From: Alkalispirochaeta sp.
GTDB taxonomy: Bacteria; Spirochaetota; Spirochaetia; DSM-27196; Alkalispirochaetaceae
Reading direction: 5' to 3'
DNA: 64,000 nt
Assembly: GCA_965242725.1 (NCBI GenBank)
Contig: CBDESZ010000004.1
Span: forward strand, 320,001-384,000
Shown here piece after piece: positions 48,112 through 58,578 of this stretch (its first letter is position 1; each line of letters opens with the position of its first letter). The position numbers and the translations under genes were made by a program. The notes beneath the pieces are model-generated. The model searched no databases and was not told the origin of the DNA. It saw nothing but the letters and a program-made list of their open reading frames with translations.

Positions 48112-51100
48112 TTGATGGACCGGCCAGACGAGTCGCGGGCCGAGGTGCCGTCGGGCGACGGCACAGCCGACCACAGCGACGCCGCCGCGGACGATGCGGG
48201 GGCCCGCTTGCCGGCGGTGGTGACGGTCGAAAAAGCCAAACACGCGGATGACGACGCCGGCGACAACCCGGGCGATGGCGGGGGCGACGACGCGGATGGG
48301 GCGCGGCCGGAGAGCTTTCCGAGCTTCATCGCGTTGCCGCCGCCGGACAAAGTCGGTGTAACCGACTCCGACGACGACGCCGATAACGCCGCAGAGGCGG
48401 AAGACGACCCGTATGCGGCGGCGTTCGCCGACCCGCCCCGGCGGGCAACGATTTGGCCGGCGGTGCTATCGGTGGTGGGGCCGCTGGCGGTGCTCGGCGC
48501 GGCGGGCTGGTGGGTGTGGCAAGAGCGGACAGGTGCTGCCGAGTGGGCGGTGCCGCGGATCGCCGCCCTGGCCGGTTTCGACTTGGGGCTGACGGTGGTT
48601 GGTTTGGAGCCCGACGGGTTGTCGGCGACGGACGTCCGGCTTGGCGGCGGGGTCGAGGCGGCCAGCGTCGCGGCGACCTACAGCATCGCCGGGCTGTTGC
48701 GTGGGCGGGTCGACAGCTTGGCAGTCGACGGGCTGACGATCGAGGCGCGGCGGGCCGAAAGCGGCTGGCAAATCGACGGGCTGACGGACGGCCAAGGCGG
48801 CGCCGCGCCGCTGACGACGGTACCGGACCTGCCGTTCACCACCCTCGACCTGACCGACGCGACGATCAACGTGGCGATCGCGGGCGGGACGATCGCGGTG
48901 GCCGGCGGCGGGGCGGTGACGACAGAGCCGGATGGCGCGGTGGCGGCGACGTGGGACGGGCGCGTTGTTGGCGATGGTGACGGGCGTGCCCTGGGCGGCG
49001 GCGACCTGGCGGTGGCCGGGCGGCTGGCGCCGACGGAGGCGGGACTGGCGCTGGCGGCGGCGATCGAGGTTGACGGCGCGCTAGGAGAAGACGTGGCGGC
49101 GGTGCTGGGCGACGGGTCGTGGGCGCAGGCGGGGGCCAGCGGGGCGGTGGCTGTCGATATGACCATCGGCGACGCGACGAGCGGGTCGATCGAATTTTCC
49201 GGCGTTTCGTTGGCGGCGCCGTTGCGGGATCTGGCGGTGAGCGGCGTCGACGGCGGTGGGTCGTTCGATTGGCCGCTGGGCGACGTGGACATGCGGCTGG
49301 TGCACGGCGGGGTGACGGTTGGCGATTGGGCGTTCGGCGGCGGGCCGCTGGCGCTGCAGAAGACGGGCGACGAGGTCACCGTCGAGGGGCTGGTCGATCT
49401 GCCCATGGGGCGGTTCGACGCGCGGGTCAGCGGCAGCGCCCCGGACGCGCCGGTGACGGCGACGGTGGCCGGCACCCTGCAGACGGCGAGCGCGGCGGCG
49501 TTGGTCGCCGGCGTCGCGGCCGAGGGGACGGTGGATCTCGATCTGGCGGTGCAAGCGGAGAACGTGGGGAGCGTGGCGGCGGATTTGTCGGCGCCGGGCG
49601 ATCTCGCCGGCTGGCTGGCGGTGGCCGACCGGCTGGGATTGGTGGTGGAAGGGCGGATCGACGCCGACGTGGCGGGGGTGACGGCGCTTGGCGTTTTCAC
49701 CGGCGGGGCGCTGCGTGGGCCGATCGAGGGGCGGCTCGACCCGGACGGGGTGCAGTTGGCGGCGCTCGGCCCGGTGGCGATGGGGGTGTCGCGGGTAACG
49801 ATGCCGGGGCTCGACGGGTTGGCGGGGGTGCTGCCGGCGGAGGTGCTGTTCGGGGGCGACGCCGGGACACCGCTGCGGTTGGACATTCGCCGCGCGGACG
49901 ATGGCTTCGAGGTGGCGGCGGTGGGTGGCGTCGCGGTGGACGGGTTGCCGTTCGCGCTGGCGGCGGAGATCGACGGCACGGCGACGGTGACGCCGGCGGG
50001 ACTGACGGGCATGGACGTACCGTTCGTGCTGGCGACGGTCGGCGGGATCGACCTGCCGGGCGGGCGGGGCGACGTCGAGGTGTTGCTGAGCGACGTGGGC
50101 GGGACGTTCGATGACTTGACCGGCGAGGCTTCGGTCGGGTTGGCGGCGCCGCTGCTGGTGGTGGGCGGGGTGACGCTGGCCGGGGTGACCGGCGAGATCG
50201 ACGGCGGGGTGGGCTGGGACGGGACGACGCTGGCGGTGACGCCGGCGGCGGGGGTCGCGGGTCGCCCTGGGCGGGGTGTCGGCGGCCGCGGGCTGGCGGC
50301 TGGACGGGCCGGTGGCGTTGGCGCTGGCCGATGGCGCGGCGCAGAAGATCGCCATTGGGCGCGACGGTACGGTGACGGCGGACATCAGCCTGGCAAACCC
50401 GGCGCCGGTGACCGTGGCGCGGGCCGGTGAGACGGTGGCGACCGTCGACTTGGCGGACCTGCGCCTGGAACAGGACAGAGACGGGGCGCGGGCGCGGTTC
50501 GACGGAGCAGCGGTGACGGTGGCGGGGCAGCCGGTGACCCTCGACGACATCGGCGGCGACGTCGCGGTAGTCGATGGGCAGCCGTCGGCAAACGTGAGCG
50601 TCGGGCGGATCGAACACGGGGGAGACCCGGCACCGGTGGTGCCGTTGACGGCGCGGTTGTCGGTGGCGCCGGGGGACGACGGCGTGCTGACGCTGCAGGG
50701 CGAGGCCGGCGACGCGGGCGGGCGGATCCGGCTGGCGTTCGAGGGGCGTCATGACCTGGCGAGCGGCCGTGGCGCAGGCGACGTGACGCTGGAGCCGCTG
50801 GCGTTCCTGCCGACGGTGCTGCAGCCGGAAGCGTTGTTTCCGGTGCTGGCCGGGCGGTTTCGCGAGGTCGACGCCGACATCGGCTTCGCCGGGACGGCGC
50901 GGTGGGGCGACGGCGGGTTCGCGCTGCCGGGGACGGTGAGCTTCGAGGCGCGGTCGCTGGGCATCGACGAAGTGCGGGTGGAAAACGCGCGCGGCGACGT
51001 GGTGTTCGAGGACCTGGTGGTGCCGCGAACGCCGCCGGGGCAGACGATTTCGGTAGGGCTGATCGACGTCGGGGTGCCGCTGACGGACGGGGAAGTGGTG

Positions 51101-51691
51101 GTGCACCTGCCGGGCGACGGGGCGGTCAACGCGCAACTGACGGAACTGGAGATGTTCGGCGGGTCGCTGGAGAGCGATCCGTTCAGTTTCCGGCCGCCGT
51201 CGCGGGACGTCGAAACGGTGCTGCGGGTCGAGGGGGTGGCGCTGGACCAGATGCTGGCGGCGACCAAGGGGGCCGGCGAACTGGCGGTGAGCGGCACGCT
51301 GGACGGGGTGATCCCGCTGAGCTTCGTCGACGGGGAGGCGTCGATCGCCGGCGGGCAATTGGCGACCAAGGACGGCGGCGGGGTGCTGCGCTACGTGCCG
51401 GGCGATGTCGGGGCGCTCGACGAGCAGGAGTTCAGCACGGGGCTGTTCCTCGATGCGGTGAAGAATTTCCACTACGACTCGATCAGCCTGAGTATCGACG
51501 AGGGGGAAGCGGAGGACCTGCGGCTGGGGCTGCAACTGCGGGGCAACAACCCGGACCTGTACGGCGGGGCGCCGCTGGAGCTGAACGTCAACCTGGAGGG
51601 ACCGCTGCAACAGGTGCTGAGCCGGGGGCTGGCGACCTATACGCTGCCGTCGCGGCTGGGCCGGGAACTGGGCACCGGGGCGGCCGAGTGA
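48112..51691 (+). CDS. YdbH/AsmA-like intermembrane bridge protein, split by an extra G in a G-run near 50250
   Basis: TM anchor followed by beta-rich repeats; second frame ends 'LDGVIPL..GGVLRY..NFHYDSISL..RGNNPDLYGG..LNVNLEGPL'; followed by ynbE- and ydbL-like genes. Confidence 0.78.
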
Positions 51692-51695
51692 GGCC

Positions 51696-51714
51696 GTTCA
51701 GGCCCGGTTCAGGC
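51696..51714 (+). promoter_or_regulatory. Direct repeat GTTCAGGC-N3-GTTCAGGC (11-bp period), candidate OmpR/PhoP-family box
   Basis: Read directly; followed by GATAAT. A separate TTGACA lies at 51757. Confidence 0.4.
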
Positions 51715-51821
51715 AGGGTGGCGATAATGGCCAAATCCGACGAGACAGTGGGCGTTTTGACATGATGGGCGGGTTGGCTAAGACTTATCCAAACGGGGTA
51801 CACCACCGAGGGGGGACGATA

Positions 51822-52049
51822 GTGGGTGACGCCGGCGGCCGAGGTGCGGCACGGTATATTGCGACGCGCCGGTTGGGCGGGGTCGTGCTGCTCGGCTCGG
51901 TGCTGATGGGGTGCCAGCCGACGGTGAAGATCGAGGCGCCGGACGAGCCGATTGTGATCAACCTCAACGTCAAGATCGAACAGGAGGTGCGGGTTCGCGT
52001 CGAACGGGAGATCGATGATCTGTTGCGTGAAAATGATGATCTTTTCTAA
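51822..52049 (+). CDS. ynbE: YnbE family lipoprotein
   Basis: Lipobox LMGC, 'PTVKIEAPDEPIVINLNVKIEQEVRVRVE...DLF'. Confidence 0.85.
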   Translation: MGDAGGRGAARYIATRRLGGVVLLGSVLMGCQPTVKIEAPDEPIVINLNVKIEQEVRVRVEREIDDLLRENDDLF

Positions 52050-52377
52050 AGCCTTACGGGTACTGGTCGTGGCCGTTGCGATGCTGATCGCGGCGCCGCC
52101 GGGGGCCTTCGCGGACGAACTGGACGACGCCAAGGCGGCGGGTCTGGTCGGCGAGACCTGGCGCGGCTACCTGGCGCCGGTCAACGCGCCGACGCCGGAA
52201 GTGACGGCGCTGGTGGAGCGGATCAACGCGGCGCGGCGGCAGCGCTATGAAGAAATCGCACGGGATACGGGGGCGTCGCGGGAAGACGTCGAGTTGCTGA
52301 CGGCGCAGCGGGTGATCGACCAGGCGGCGTCGGGGACCTATATCCTGGATCAAAGCAACAACTGGCGGCAAAAGTAA
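52033..52377 (+). CDS. ydbL: YdbL (DUF1318) family periplasmic protein
   Basis: Signal peptide; 'LDDAKAAGLVGE..GYL', 'INAARRQRY'. Confidence 0.85.
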   Translation: MMIFSKALRVLVVAVAMLIAAPPGAFADELDDAKAAGLVGETWRGYLAPVNAPTPEVTALVERINAARRQRYEEIARDTGASREDVELLTAQRVIDQAASGTYILDQSNNWRQK

Positions 52378-52451
52378 GCTGCGGCGGTCGGCCGTGGTAG
52401 ACTGACCGCCGGGCCGGCGGACGGCCCTAACTGGTTTTTTGGAGATCCCCC

Positions 52452-53372
52452 ATGGACTTGCCCCGCAGCGTCGACGCGACGCTTAGCCTCCTTGCGCATG
52501 GCAGCTACGTCGCCGACCGCAGCCTTGCCACGGCGGCGTTCCTGGCGCTCGGCCAGCGCCGGCCGCTGTTCCTGGAAGGCGAGGCCGGGGTCGGCAAGAC
52601 GGAAATCGCCAAGGTGCTGGCCGATACCCTGGGGCGCAAGCTGGTGCGGCTGCAGTGCTACGAGGGGCTGGACGTGGCGGCGTCGGTCTACGAGTGGAAC
52701 TACGCGGCGCAGATGATCGAGATCCGCATGGCCGAGGCGGAAGGGATCGAGGACAAGGGGCGGCTGTCGCGGGACATCTTCAGCGAGCGGTTCCTGATCA
52801 AGCGGCCGTTGTTGCAAGCGTTGGAACCGGATGCCGCGGGGGCCCCGGTGCTGCTGATCGACGAACTCGACCGGGCCGACGAGCCGTTCGAGGCGTTCCT
52901 GCTGGAGGTGCTGTCGGATTTTCAGATCACGGTGCCGGAACTGGGGACGATCAAGGCGGACGACGCGCCGGTGGTGGTGATCACGTCGAACCGGACGCGG
53001 GAGATCCACGACGCGCTGAAACGGCGGTGCTTCTACTACTGGGTGGATTATCCCGACGCGGCGCGGGAGTTGGAGATCTTGCGGCTGAAGGCGAGCGAGA
53101 CCAGCGAGACGTTGAGCCGGCAAGTGGTCGGGTTCGTGCAGGCGCTGCGGGACAAGGACCTGTTCAAGGCGCCGGGGGTGGCGGAGACCATCGACTGGGC
53201 GCATGCGCTGACGCAACTCGACACCATCGAACTGGCGCCGGGGGTGATCGACGACACCCTGGGGGTGCTGCTGAAGTACCAGGACGACATCGCGCGGATT
53301 CAGGGCAGCGAAGCGGCGCAGATCCTGGCGCAAGTACAGTCGGAATTGGCGCGGCAACCGGCGGCGCAATAG
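52452..53372 (+). CDS. MoxR-type AAA+ ATPase (CoxD-like)
   Basis: 'LEGEAGVGKT', 'LQCYEGLD', 'YEWNY', 'LLIDELDRAD', 'ALKRRC'. Confidence 0.92.
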   Translation: MDLPRSVDATLSLLAHGSYVADRSLATAAFLALGQRRPLFLEGEAGVGKTEIAKVLADTLGRKLVRLQCYEGLDVAASVYEWNYAAQMIEIRMAEAEGIEDKGRLSRDIFSERFLIKRPLLQALEPDAAGAPVLLIDELDRADEPFEAFLLEVLSDFQITVPELGTIKADDAPVVVITSNRTREIHDALKRRCFYYWVDYPDAARELEILRLKASETSETLSRQVVGFVQALRDKDLFKAPGVAETIDWAHALTQLDTIELAPGVIDDTLGVLLKYQDDIARIQGSEAAQILAQVQSELARQPAAQ

Positions 53373-53374
53373 CC

Positions 53375-54607
53375 ATGCGCGACGGCGGCGTGCTCGGCGG
53401 CAAGATGGCGGCGAACGTGATGCAGTTCGCGCGGGTGCTGCGGGCCGCCGGGCTGCCGGTGGGGCCGGGGCAAACGCTGCGCGCGGTGGAGGCGGCGGCG
53501 GCGGTGGGCATCGACAACCGCGACGATTTCTATTGGGCGCTGCACGCGGTGCTGGTCAACCGGCGGTCGCAGCGGCCGGTGTTCGACCAGGCGTTCCAGG
53601 TGTTTTGGCGCAACCCGCGGCTGTTGGAACGGCTGCAGTCGCTGTTGCTGCCGACGGTCGACGGCAGCAGCGACGCGACCGAGCAAGGCAGCTTGTCGCG
53701 GCGGGTGATGGAAGCCCTGCGGCAGGACGTGGGTTGGACCCTGGAGGAGGACTCCGAAGGCATTCCGGTGGCGGACCGGCGGGAAACCTGGTCGAGCCGG
53801 GAAGTGCTGAACGACATGGACTTCGAGGACATGTCGACGGCGGAGATCGAGGCGGCGAAACGGGCGATCGCGCGGCTGCGGCCGGCGGCGATGATGGTGG
53901 CGACACGGCGGTTTCGGCCGGACCCGAGCGGGCCACGGTTCGACATGCGGGCAACGCTGCGGGCGGCGGCGCGGGGCGGCGGCGGGGTGATCCCGCTGCG
54001 GCGGCAGGCACGTCGCCTGCGGCGGCCGCCGCTGGTGGTGCTGTGCGACATCTCCGGGTCGATGGCGCAGTACTCGCGGATGCTGCTGCATTTCATGCAC
54101 GCGCTGGCGCGGGATCAGAACCGGGTGGCGAGCTTCGTGTTCGGGACCCGGCTGAACAACATCACCCGGTATTTGCGGACGCGGGACGTGGACGAGGCGC
54201 TGGCGCAGGTCAGCGCGGCGGTCGACGACTGGTCGGGCGGGACGCGGATCGGCACCTGCCTGGCGACGTTCAATCAGGAATGGGCGCGGCGGGTGCTGGC
54301 GCAAGGGGCGGTGGTGCTGCTGATCAGCGACGGCCTGGACCGGGACGCGGGCGAAGGGCTGGGGCGGGAGATGGCGCGGCTGCACCGGTCGTGCCGGCGG
54401 CTGATCTGGCTCAACCCGCTGATGCGTTACGCCGGCTACGAAGCCAAGGCGCAAGGGGCGCGGGCGATGGCGCCGCATGTTGACGACATGCGGACGGTGC
54501 ACAACTTGACGAGCTTGCAAGACTTGGCGGCGGCGTTGGCGGACGCGATGAGCCAGCGCGGGCCGCGAGTCATGCGATCACGGGAGCCGGCGCAGGAGGC
54601 GGCATGA
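53375..54607 (+). CDS. VWA domain CoxE-like protein
   Basis: 'FARVLRAAG', MIDAS 'DISGSM', 'WSGGTRIG', 'ISDGLD', 'WLNPL'. Confidence 0.9.
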   Translation: MRDGGVLGGKMAANVMQFARVLRAAGLPVGPGQTLRAVEAAAAVGIDNRDDFYWALHAVLVNRRSQRPVFDQAFQVFWRNPRLLERLQSLLLPTVDGSSDATEQGSLSRRVMEALRQDVGWTLEEDSEGIPVADRRETWSSREVLNDMDFEDMSTAEIEAAKRAIARLRPAAMMVATRRFRPDPSGPRFDMRATLRAAARGGGGVIPLRRQARRLRRPPLVVLCDISGSMAQYSRMLLHFMHALARDQNRVASFVFGTRLNNITRYLRTRDVDEALAQVSAAVDDWSGGTRIGTCLATFNQEWARRVLAQGAVVLLISDGLDRDAGEGLGREMARLHRSCRRLIWLNPLMRYAGYEAKAQGARAMAPHVDDMRTVHNLTSLQDLAAALADAMSQRGPRVMRSREPAQEAA

Positions 54608-54939
54608 CGGGTGCAACGTGGGACAGCGACGACGTGCTGGGACAAGCGGCGGCATGGCACGCCGCGGGCGCCGACGTAGCGATCGCGACGGTGGTGCGGA
54701 CCTGGGGCTCGAGCCCGCGGCCGGTGGGCAGCCAACTGGCGGTAGACGGCGACGGCAACATGGTCGGCAGCGTGTCGGGCGGCTGTATCGAAGGCGCGGT
54801 GATCGGCGAGGCGCGGGAGGTGATGGCGACGGGGGCGCCGAAGCTGCTTTCCTACGGTGTTTCCAACGAGATGGCGTGGGAAGTGGGACTCGCCTGCGGC
54901 GGTACGGTCGAGGTTTACGTCGAACGCGTAAGCTCATGA
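54604..54939 (+). CDS. XdhC/CoxF family protein, N-terminal part
   Basis: 'TWGSSPRPVGS', 'GSVSGGCIE', 'GLACGG'. Confidence 0.9.
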   Translation: MTGATWDSDDVLGQAAAWHAAGADVAIATVVRTWGSSPRPVGSQLAVDGDGNMVGSVSGGCIEGAVIGEAREVMATGAPKLLSYGVSNEMAWEVGLACGGTVEVYVERVSS

Positions 54940-55628
54940 AGTCAGGCGACCTTTCGGCACTGCTTGAAGCGCGGCGTGAAAAACGGCCGGTGGCGTTGGT
55001 GACCGACTTGACGTCCGGGGCGCAAGGGCTTGTCGGCCTTGATGAATCAACGGGCGACCTGGCGCTCGACGGCGACCAGACCGCGGCGGTGCGCGACGCG
55101 CTGCTGCACGACCGGGCGGGGGCGGTCGAGGGCGGTTCGTTGTTCGTGCGGCCGTACAACCCGCCGAAGCGGCTGATCATCGTCGGCGCGGTGCACATCG
55201 CCCAAGCCCTGGCGCCGATGGCGCAGGTCGCGGGGTTCGACGTGACGATCATCGACCCGCGCGGCGCGTTCGCGACGGCGGCGCGGTTCCCCGACGTGAC
55301 GATGCTGGACGATTGGCCGGATGACGCGATGACGGCGCTGGCGCCGGACAACCGGACCGCCGTCGTCGCACTGACCCACGATCCGAAGCTGGACGACCCG
55401 GCGCTGCAGGTGGCGCTGGCGTCGGGCGCGTTCTATGTCGGGGCGCTGGGCAGCCGCAAGACCCACGGCGCGCGGCTCGAACGGCTAACCGAGGCGGGGG
55501 TCGAGGAAGCGGCGCTGGCGCGGATTCACGGGCCGATCGGCCTGGCGATCGGGGCGCGGAGCCCGGCGGAGATCAGCATCGCGATCCTGGCGCAGATCAC
55601 CGCGGTGTTGCACGGCGCCGCGGCATGA
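54936..55628 (+). CDS. XdhC Rossmann-domain protein
   Basis: 'VGAVHIAQAL', 'THDPKLDD', 'GALGSRKT', 'GPIGLAIGARSPAEI'. Confidence 0.9.
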   Translation: MKSGDLSALLEARREKRPVALVTDLTSGAQGLVGLDESTGDLALDGDQTAAVRDALLHDRAGAVEGGSLFVRPYNPPKRLIIVGAVHIAQALAPMAQVAGFDVTIIDPRGAFATAARFPDVTMLDDWPDDAMTALAPDNRTAVVALTHDPKLDDPALQVALASGAFYVGALGSRKTHGARLERLTEAGVEEAALARIHGPIGLAIGARSPAEISIAILAQITAVLHGAAA

Positions 55629-57220
55629 AGTTCGGGGCGATTCCGGTGGCGACGGCGGCCGGCGCGATCCTGGCGCACTCGCAACGGCTGGCCGACGGGG
55701 TGTTGAAAAAAGGCCGGGTGCTGAGCGAGGCCGACGTGGCGGCGCTGGCGGCGGCGGGGTTGGACGAGGTGGTGGCGGCGCGCCTGGAGCCGGGGGACTT
55801 GGCGGAAGACGCCGCGGCGGATCGGGTGGCGCGGGCGATCGGCGGGCCGGGTTTGACGCAGACGGCGCCGTTTGCCGGGCGCTGCAACCTGGTGGCGTCG
55901 GCGGACGGGGTGATGGTGGTCGACCGGGCGACGGTCGACGCGCTGAACGCCATCGACGAGGGCCTGACCATCGCGACGGTGGCACCGTATGCGCTGGTGC
56001 GGGCGCGGCAACTGGTGGCGACGGTCAAGGTGATCCCGTTCGCGGTGCATGAACGGACGGTGCAGCAATGGTGCGACGCGGGCGCGGCGTTGCGGCTGGC
56101 GCCGCTGGTGCCGCGGGACGTGGCGCTGATCCAAACGCGGTTGCCGGGGACGCGGGAAGCGGTGCTGGACAAGACGTCGAAGGTGACGGCGGCGCGCCTG
56201 ACGGAGCTGGGTAGCCGATTGCGGCGGGACGAGCGCTGCGACCATGACGCGGCGGCGCTGGCGGCGGCGATCGGCGAGGCGGCGGACTGCGACGTGATCC
56301 TGATCAGCGGGGCGTCGGCGATCGTCGACCGGCGTGACGTGGTACCGGCGGGGCTGGTGGCGGCGGGCGGCACGGTGACGCATTTCGGCATGCCGGTGGA
56401 CCCGGGCAACCTGATGCTGACGGGGTCGCTCGACGAGCGGCCGGTGCTGGGGCTGCCGGGGTGCGCGCGATCGCCGAAGCTGAACGGGCTGGACTGGGTG
56501 CTGTGGCGTCTGTTCGCCGGGCTGCCGGTGGACGGCGCCGGGATCGCCGGCATGGGAGTCGGCGGGTTGCTGAAGGAAATCCCGTCACGGCCGCAGCCGC
56601 GGCAGTCGACGGCACCGGCGCCGGGCAGCTTGCCGCGGGTGGCGGCGGTGGTGCTGGCGGCGGGTCAATCGCGGCGCATGGGGGCGACCAACAAACTGCT
56701 GGCCCCGGTCGACGGGCGGCCGATGGTGCGGCACGCGGTCGACGCGGCGCTGGCCAGCCAAGCCGACCCGGTGGTGGTGGTGACCGGCCACGACGCCGCG
56801 TCGGTGCGGCAAGCGCTGGACGGCCTGGACGTGCGGTTCGCCGACAACCGCGATTACGGCGACGGGTTAAGCAGCTCACTTAAGGCGGGGATCGCGGCGG
56901 TGGGCGATGCCGACGGCGCCGTGGTGCTGCTGGGCGACATGCCACGAGTGACGGCGGCGCATATCGATACGCTGATCGCCGCGTTCGACCCGGTGGAAGG
57001 GCGCGGTATCTGCGTGCCTACGTGGCAGGGGGCGCGGGGCAACCCGGTGTTGTGGGGCCGGGCGTACTTCGGCGAGATCGCGGCGATCACCGGCGACGTG
57101 GGGGCCAAGCACTTGATCGGGGCCAACGCGGAAGCGGTGGCCGAGGTGGCGTTGGATTCCGACGCGGTGCTGGTCGACGTGGACACGCCGGACGCGCTGG
57201 CGGCGCTAATCGGCGACTGA
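55625..57220 (+). CDS. Molybdopterin-binding domain + MocA-like nucleotidyltransferase fusion
   Basis: 'GMPVDPGNL', 'PGCARSPK'; 'LAAGQSRRMG..NKLL', 'LGDMP', 'GNPVLW', 'GDVGA', 'DVDTP'. Confidence 0.88.
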   Translation: MKFGAIPVATAAGAILAHSQRLADGVLKKGRVLSEADVAALAAAGLDEVVAARLEPGDLAEDAAADRVARAIGGPGLTQTAPFAGRCNLVASADGVMVVDRATVDALNAIDEGLTIATVAPYALVRARQLVATVKVIPFAVHERTVQQWCDAGAALRLAPLVPRDVALIQTRLPGTREAVLDKTSKVTAARLTELGSRLRRDERCDHDAAALAAAIGEAADCDVILISGASAIVDRRDVVPAGLVAAGGTVTHFGMPVDPGNLMLTGSLDERPVLGLPGCARSPKLNGLDWVLWRLFAGLPVDGAGIAGMGVGGLLKEIPSRPQPRQSTAPAPGSLPRVAAVVLAAGQSRRMGATNKLLAPVDGRPMVRHAVDAALASQADPVVVVTGHDAASVRQALDGLDVRFADNRDYGDGLSSSLKAGIAAVGDADGAVVLLGDMPRVTAAHIDTLIAAFDPVEGRGICVPTWQGARGNPVLWGRAYFGEIAAITGDVGAKHLIGANAEAVAEVALDSDAVLVDVDTPDALAALIGD

Positions 57221-57225
57221 CGCAG

Positions 57226-57921
57226 CTAACGCACCATGGCGTCGAACAGGCGGGCGGCGGCGGGGCCGGACAGCGATTGCAGGAAGTGCCCCTCCCCCGG
57301 TGCGACGAACAACAAAGGTTCCTGACCGAGGTCGCGCAGGGCGGCGTCGACGCGGCGGGCGTTGTCGATCCAGCCGCGATCTTCGGCACCGACGAACAGC
57401 GAAACGTTGATGCCGTCGAGGGCGGCGAGGTTGGCGAAATCCTGCTCGGCCGGCGGAAAGCCGGGCACGACGGTCAGCGAGCGGACCTGATCCGGGTGGT
57501 CCAAGGCGGCGCGGAAGGCGCTGAGGCCGCCGTTGCTGACGCCGGCGACGTCGAGGCGGCCGTCGCGGACGCGGAAGCTGGTCAGCAAATGATCGAACAG
57601 CGGTGGGATGTGGCGGGCGGCGTCGCGGAAGAACAGGCCGCCGGGGGTCTCGGGGCTGACGACGATGAAGCCGCGGGCGGCGCCCTCGGCCTCCCAATAG
57701 GACGCGAGGCCGGCGTCGACCATGGCGCGATCCTGGCTGCCCGGCGGAAACGCCAGCAGCAGTGGGTAGGTGTTGTCGGGGCGGAAACCGTCGGGCACCG
57801 CGATCGCGTAGGTGAGGTCGGTGCCGTCGGGCAAGGTGACGGTCTCGAACTCTGCGGCGTGGGCGTGGGCGGGGGCGGCGAGCAGGAAACTCGCGAGGAG
57901 GATTTTACGTATCACTGACAT
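57226..57921 (-). CDS. Secreted alpha/beta hydrolase
   Basis: Signal peptide; G-x-S-x-G 'GVSNGG', 'VGAED', 'GEGH'. Confidence 0.75.
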   Translation of the reverse strand: MSVIRKILLASFLLAAPAHAHAAEFETVTLPDGTDLTYAIAVPDGFRPDNTYPLLLAFPPGSQDRAMVDAGLASYWEAEGAARGFIVVSPETPGGLFFRDAARHIPPLFDHLLTSFRVRDGRLDVAGVSNGGLSAFRAALDHPDQVRSLTVVPGFPPAEQDFANLAALDGINVSLFVGAEDRGWIDNARRVDAALRDLGQEPLLFVAPGEGHFLQSLSGPAAARLFDAMVR

Positions 57922-58005
57922 AAGCCCGACGACAGCCGATCGTCGGGAGCGCCGCAAGGGAGGCGGCATCAAACAATGGTGAGGGAAATGGCGGAGAGGC
58001 GCGGG

Positions 58006-58410
58006 TTAGGCGAGGGAATCGAGCAGGGTGCCGGAAAGCTCGTCGGCGACGCGGAGGACGGCGGCGCTGGCCTTGTAGGCATGCTCGGCCTGGGCCAACT
58101 CGACGACGCTGGTGACGAGGTCGACGTTGGCGAGGCCGACGAGGCCGTCGGCGTTGGCATCGGGGTGGCCGGGGTCGAACACCGGCTGAAACGGCGGGTC
58201 GACGGGCACGCGGTTGACCACCGGCAACCCGGTGGGCCCGGTGGTCTGGACAGCGCGGCCGGGCGTGTAGGCGGCCGCGGCCGCCGCCGGATCGACGGGC
58301 GGGTCGAGGGAGCGCGTGGTGCGGGCGTTGGCGATGTTGTCCGCGGCGATGGAGGCGCGGGCGCCGGCGGCCCGCAAGCCCGCCGCGGCACTGCTGAATA
58401 GGTCCGCCAT
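58006..58410 (-). CDS. FlgC-like flagellar basal-body rod family protein (orphan)
   Basis: 'AADNIANART', 'FDPGHPDANADGLV...NVDLV', 'YKASAAV'. Confidence 0.75.
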   Translation of the reverse strand: MADLFSSAAAGLRAAGARASIAADNIANARTTRSLDPPVDPAAAAAAYTPGRAVQTTGPTGLPVVNRVPVDPPFQPVFDPGHPDANADGLVGLANVDLVTSVVELAQAEHAYKASAAVLRVADELSGTLLDSLA

Positions 58411-58578
58411 GGCGGCATTATCCGGCCATACAACGACGCCGTTCAACGCCTATCGCCGCGGGTTCGAGGTGAATTTGGCGGGCATTTTAGGGAGCGGCCG
58501 GGCGGCGCGGATGGCGGCTCCCACCGCCGGATTGGGCGGGTTACGGCGAGTCGGGTTAACTGTGTTAGCGTCGCGGGC

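Noticed and set aside
50245..50280. Programmed frameshift or phase variation in ydbH
   Set aside because: A single extra G in a short G-run with no slippery heptamer; a sequencing indel is more likely.
54604..55628. Split xdhC as a frameshifted pseudogene
   Set aside because: There is a clean ATGA overlap, and two-gene XdhC is a usual arrangement in alphaproteobacterial clusters.
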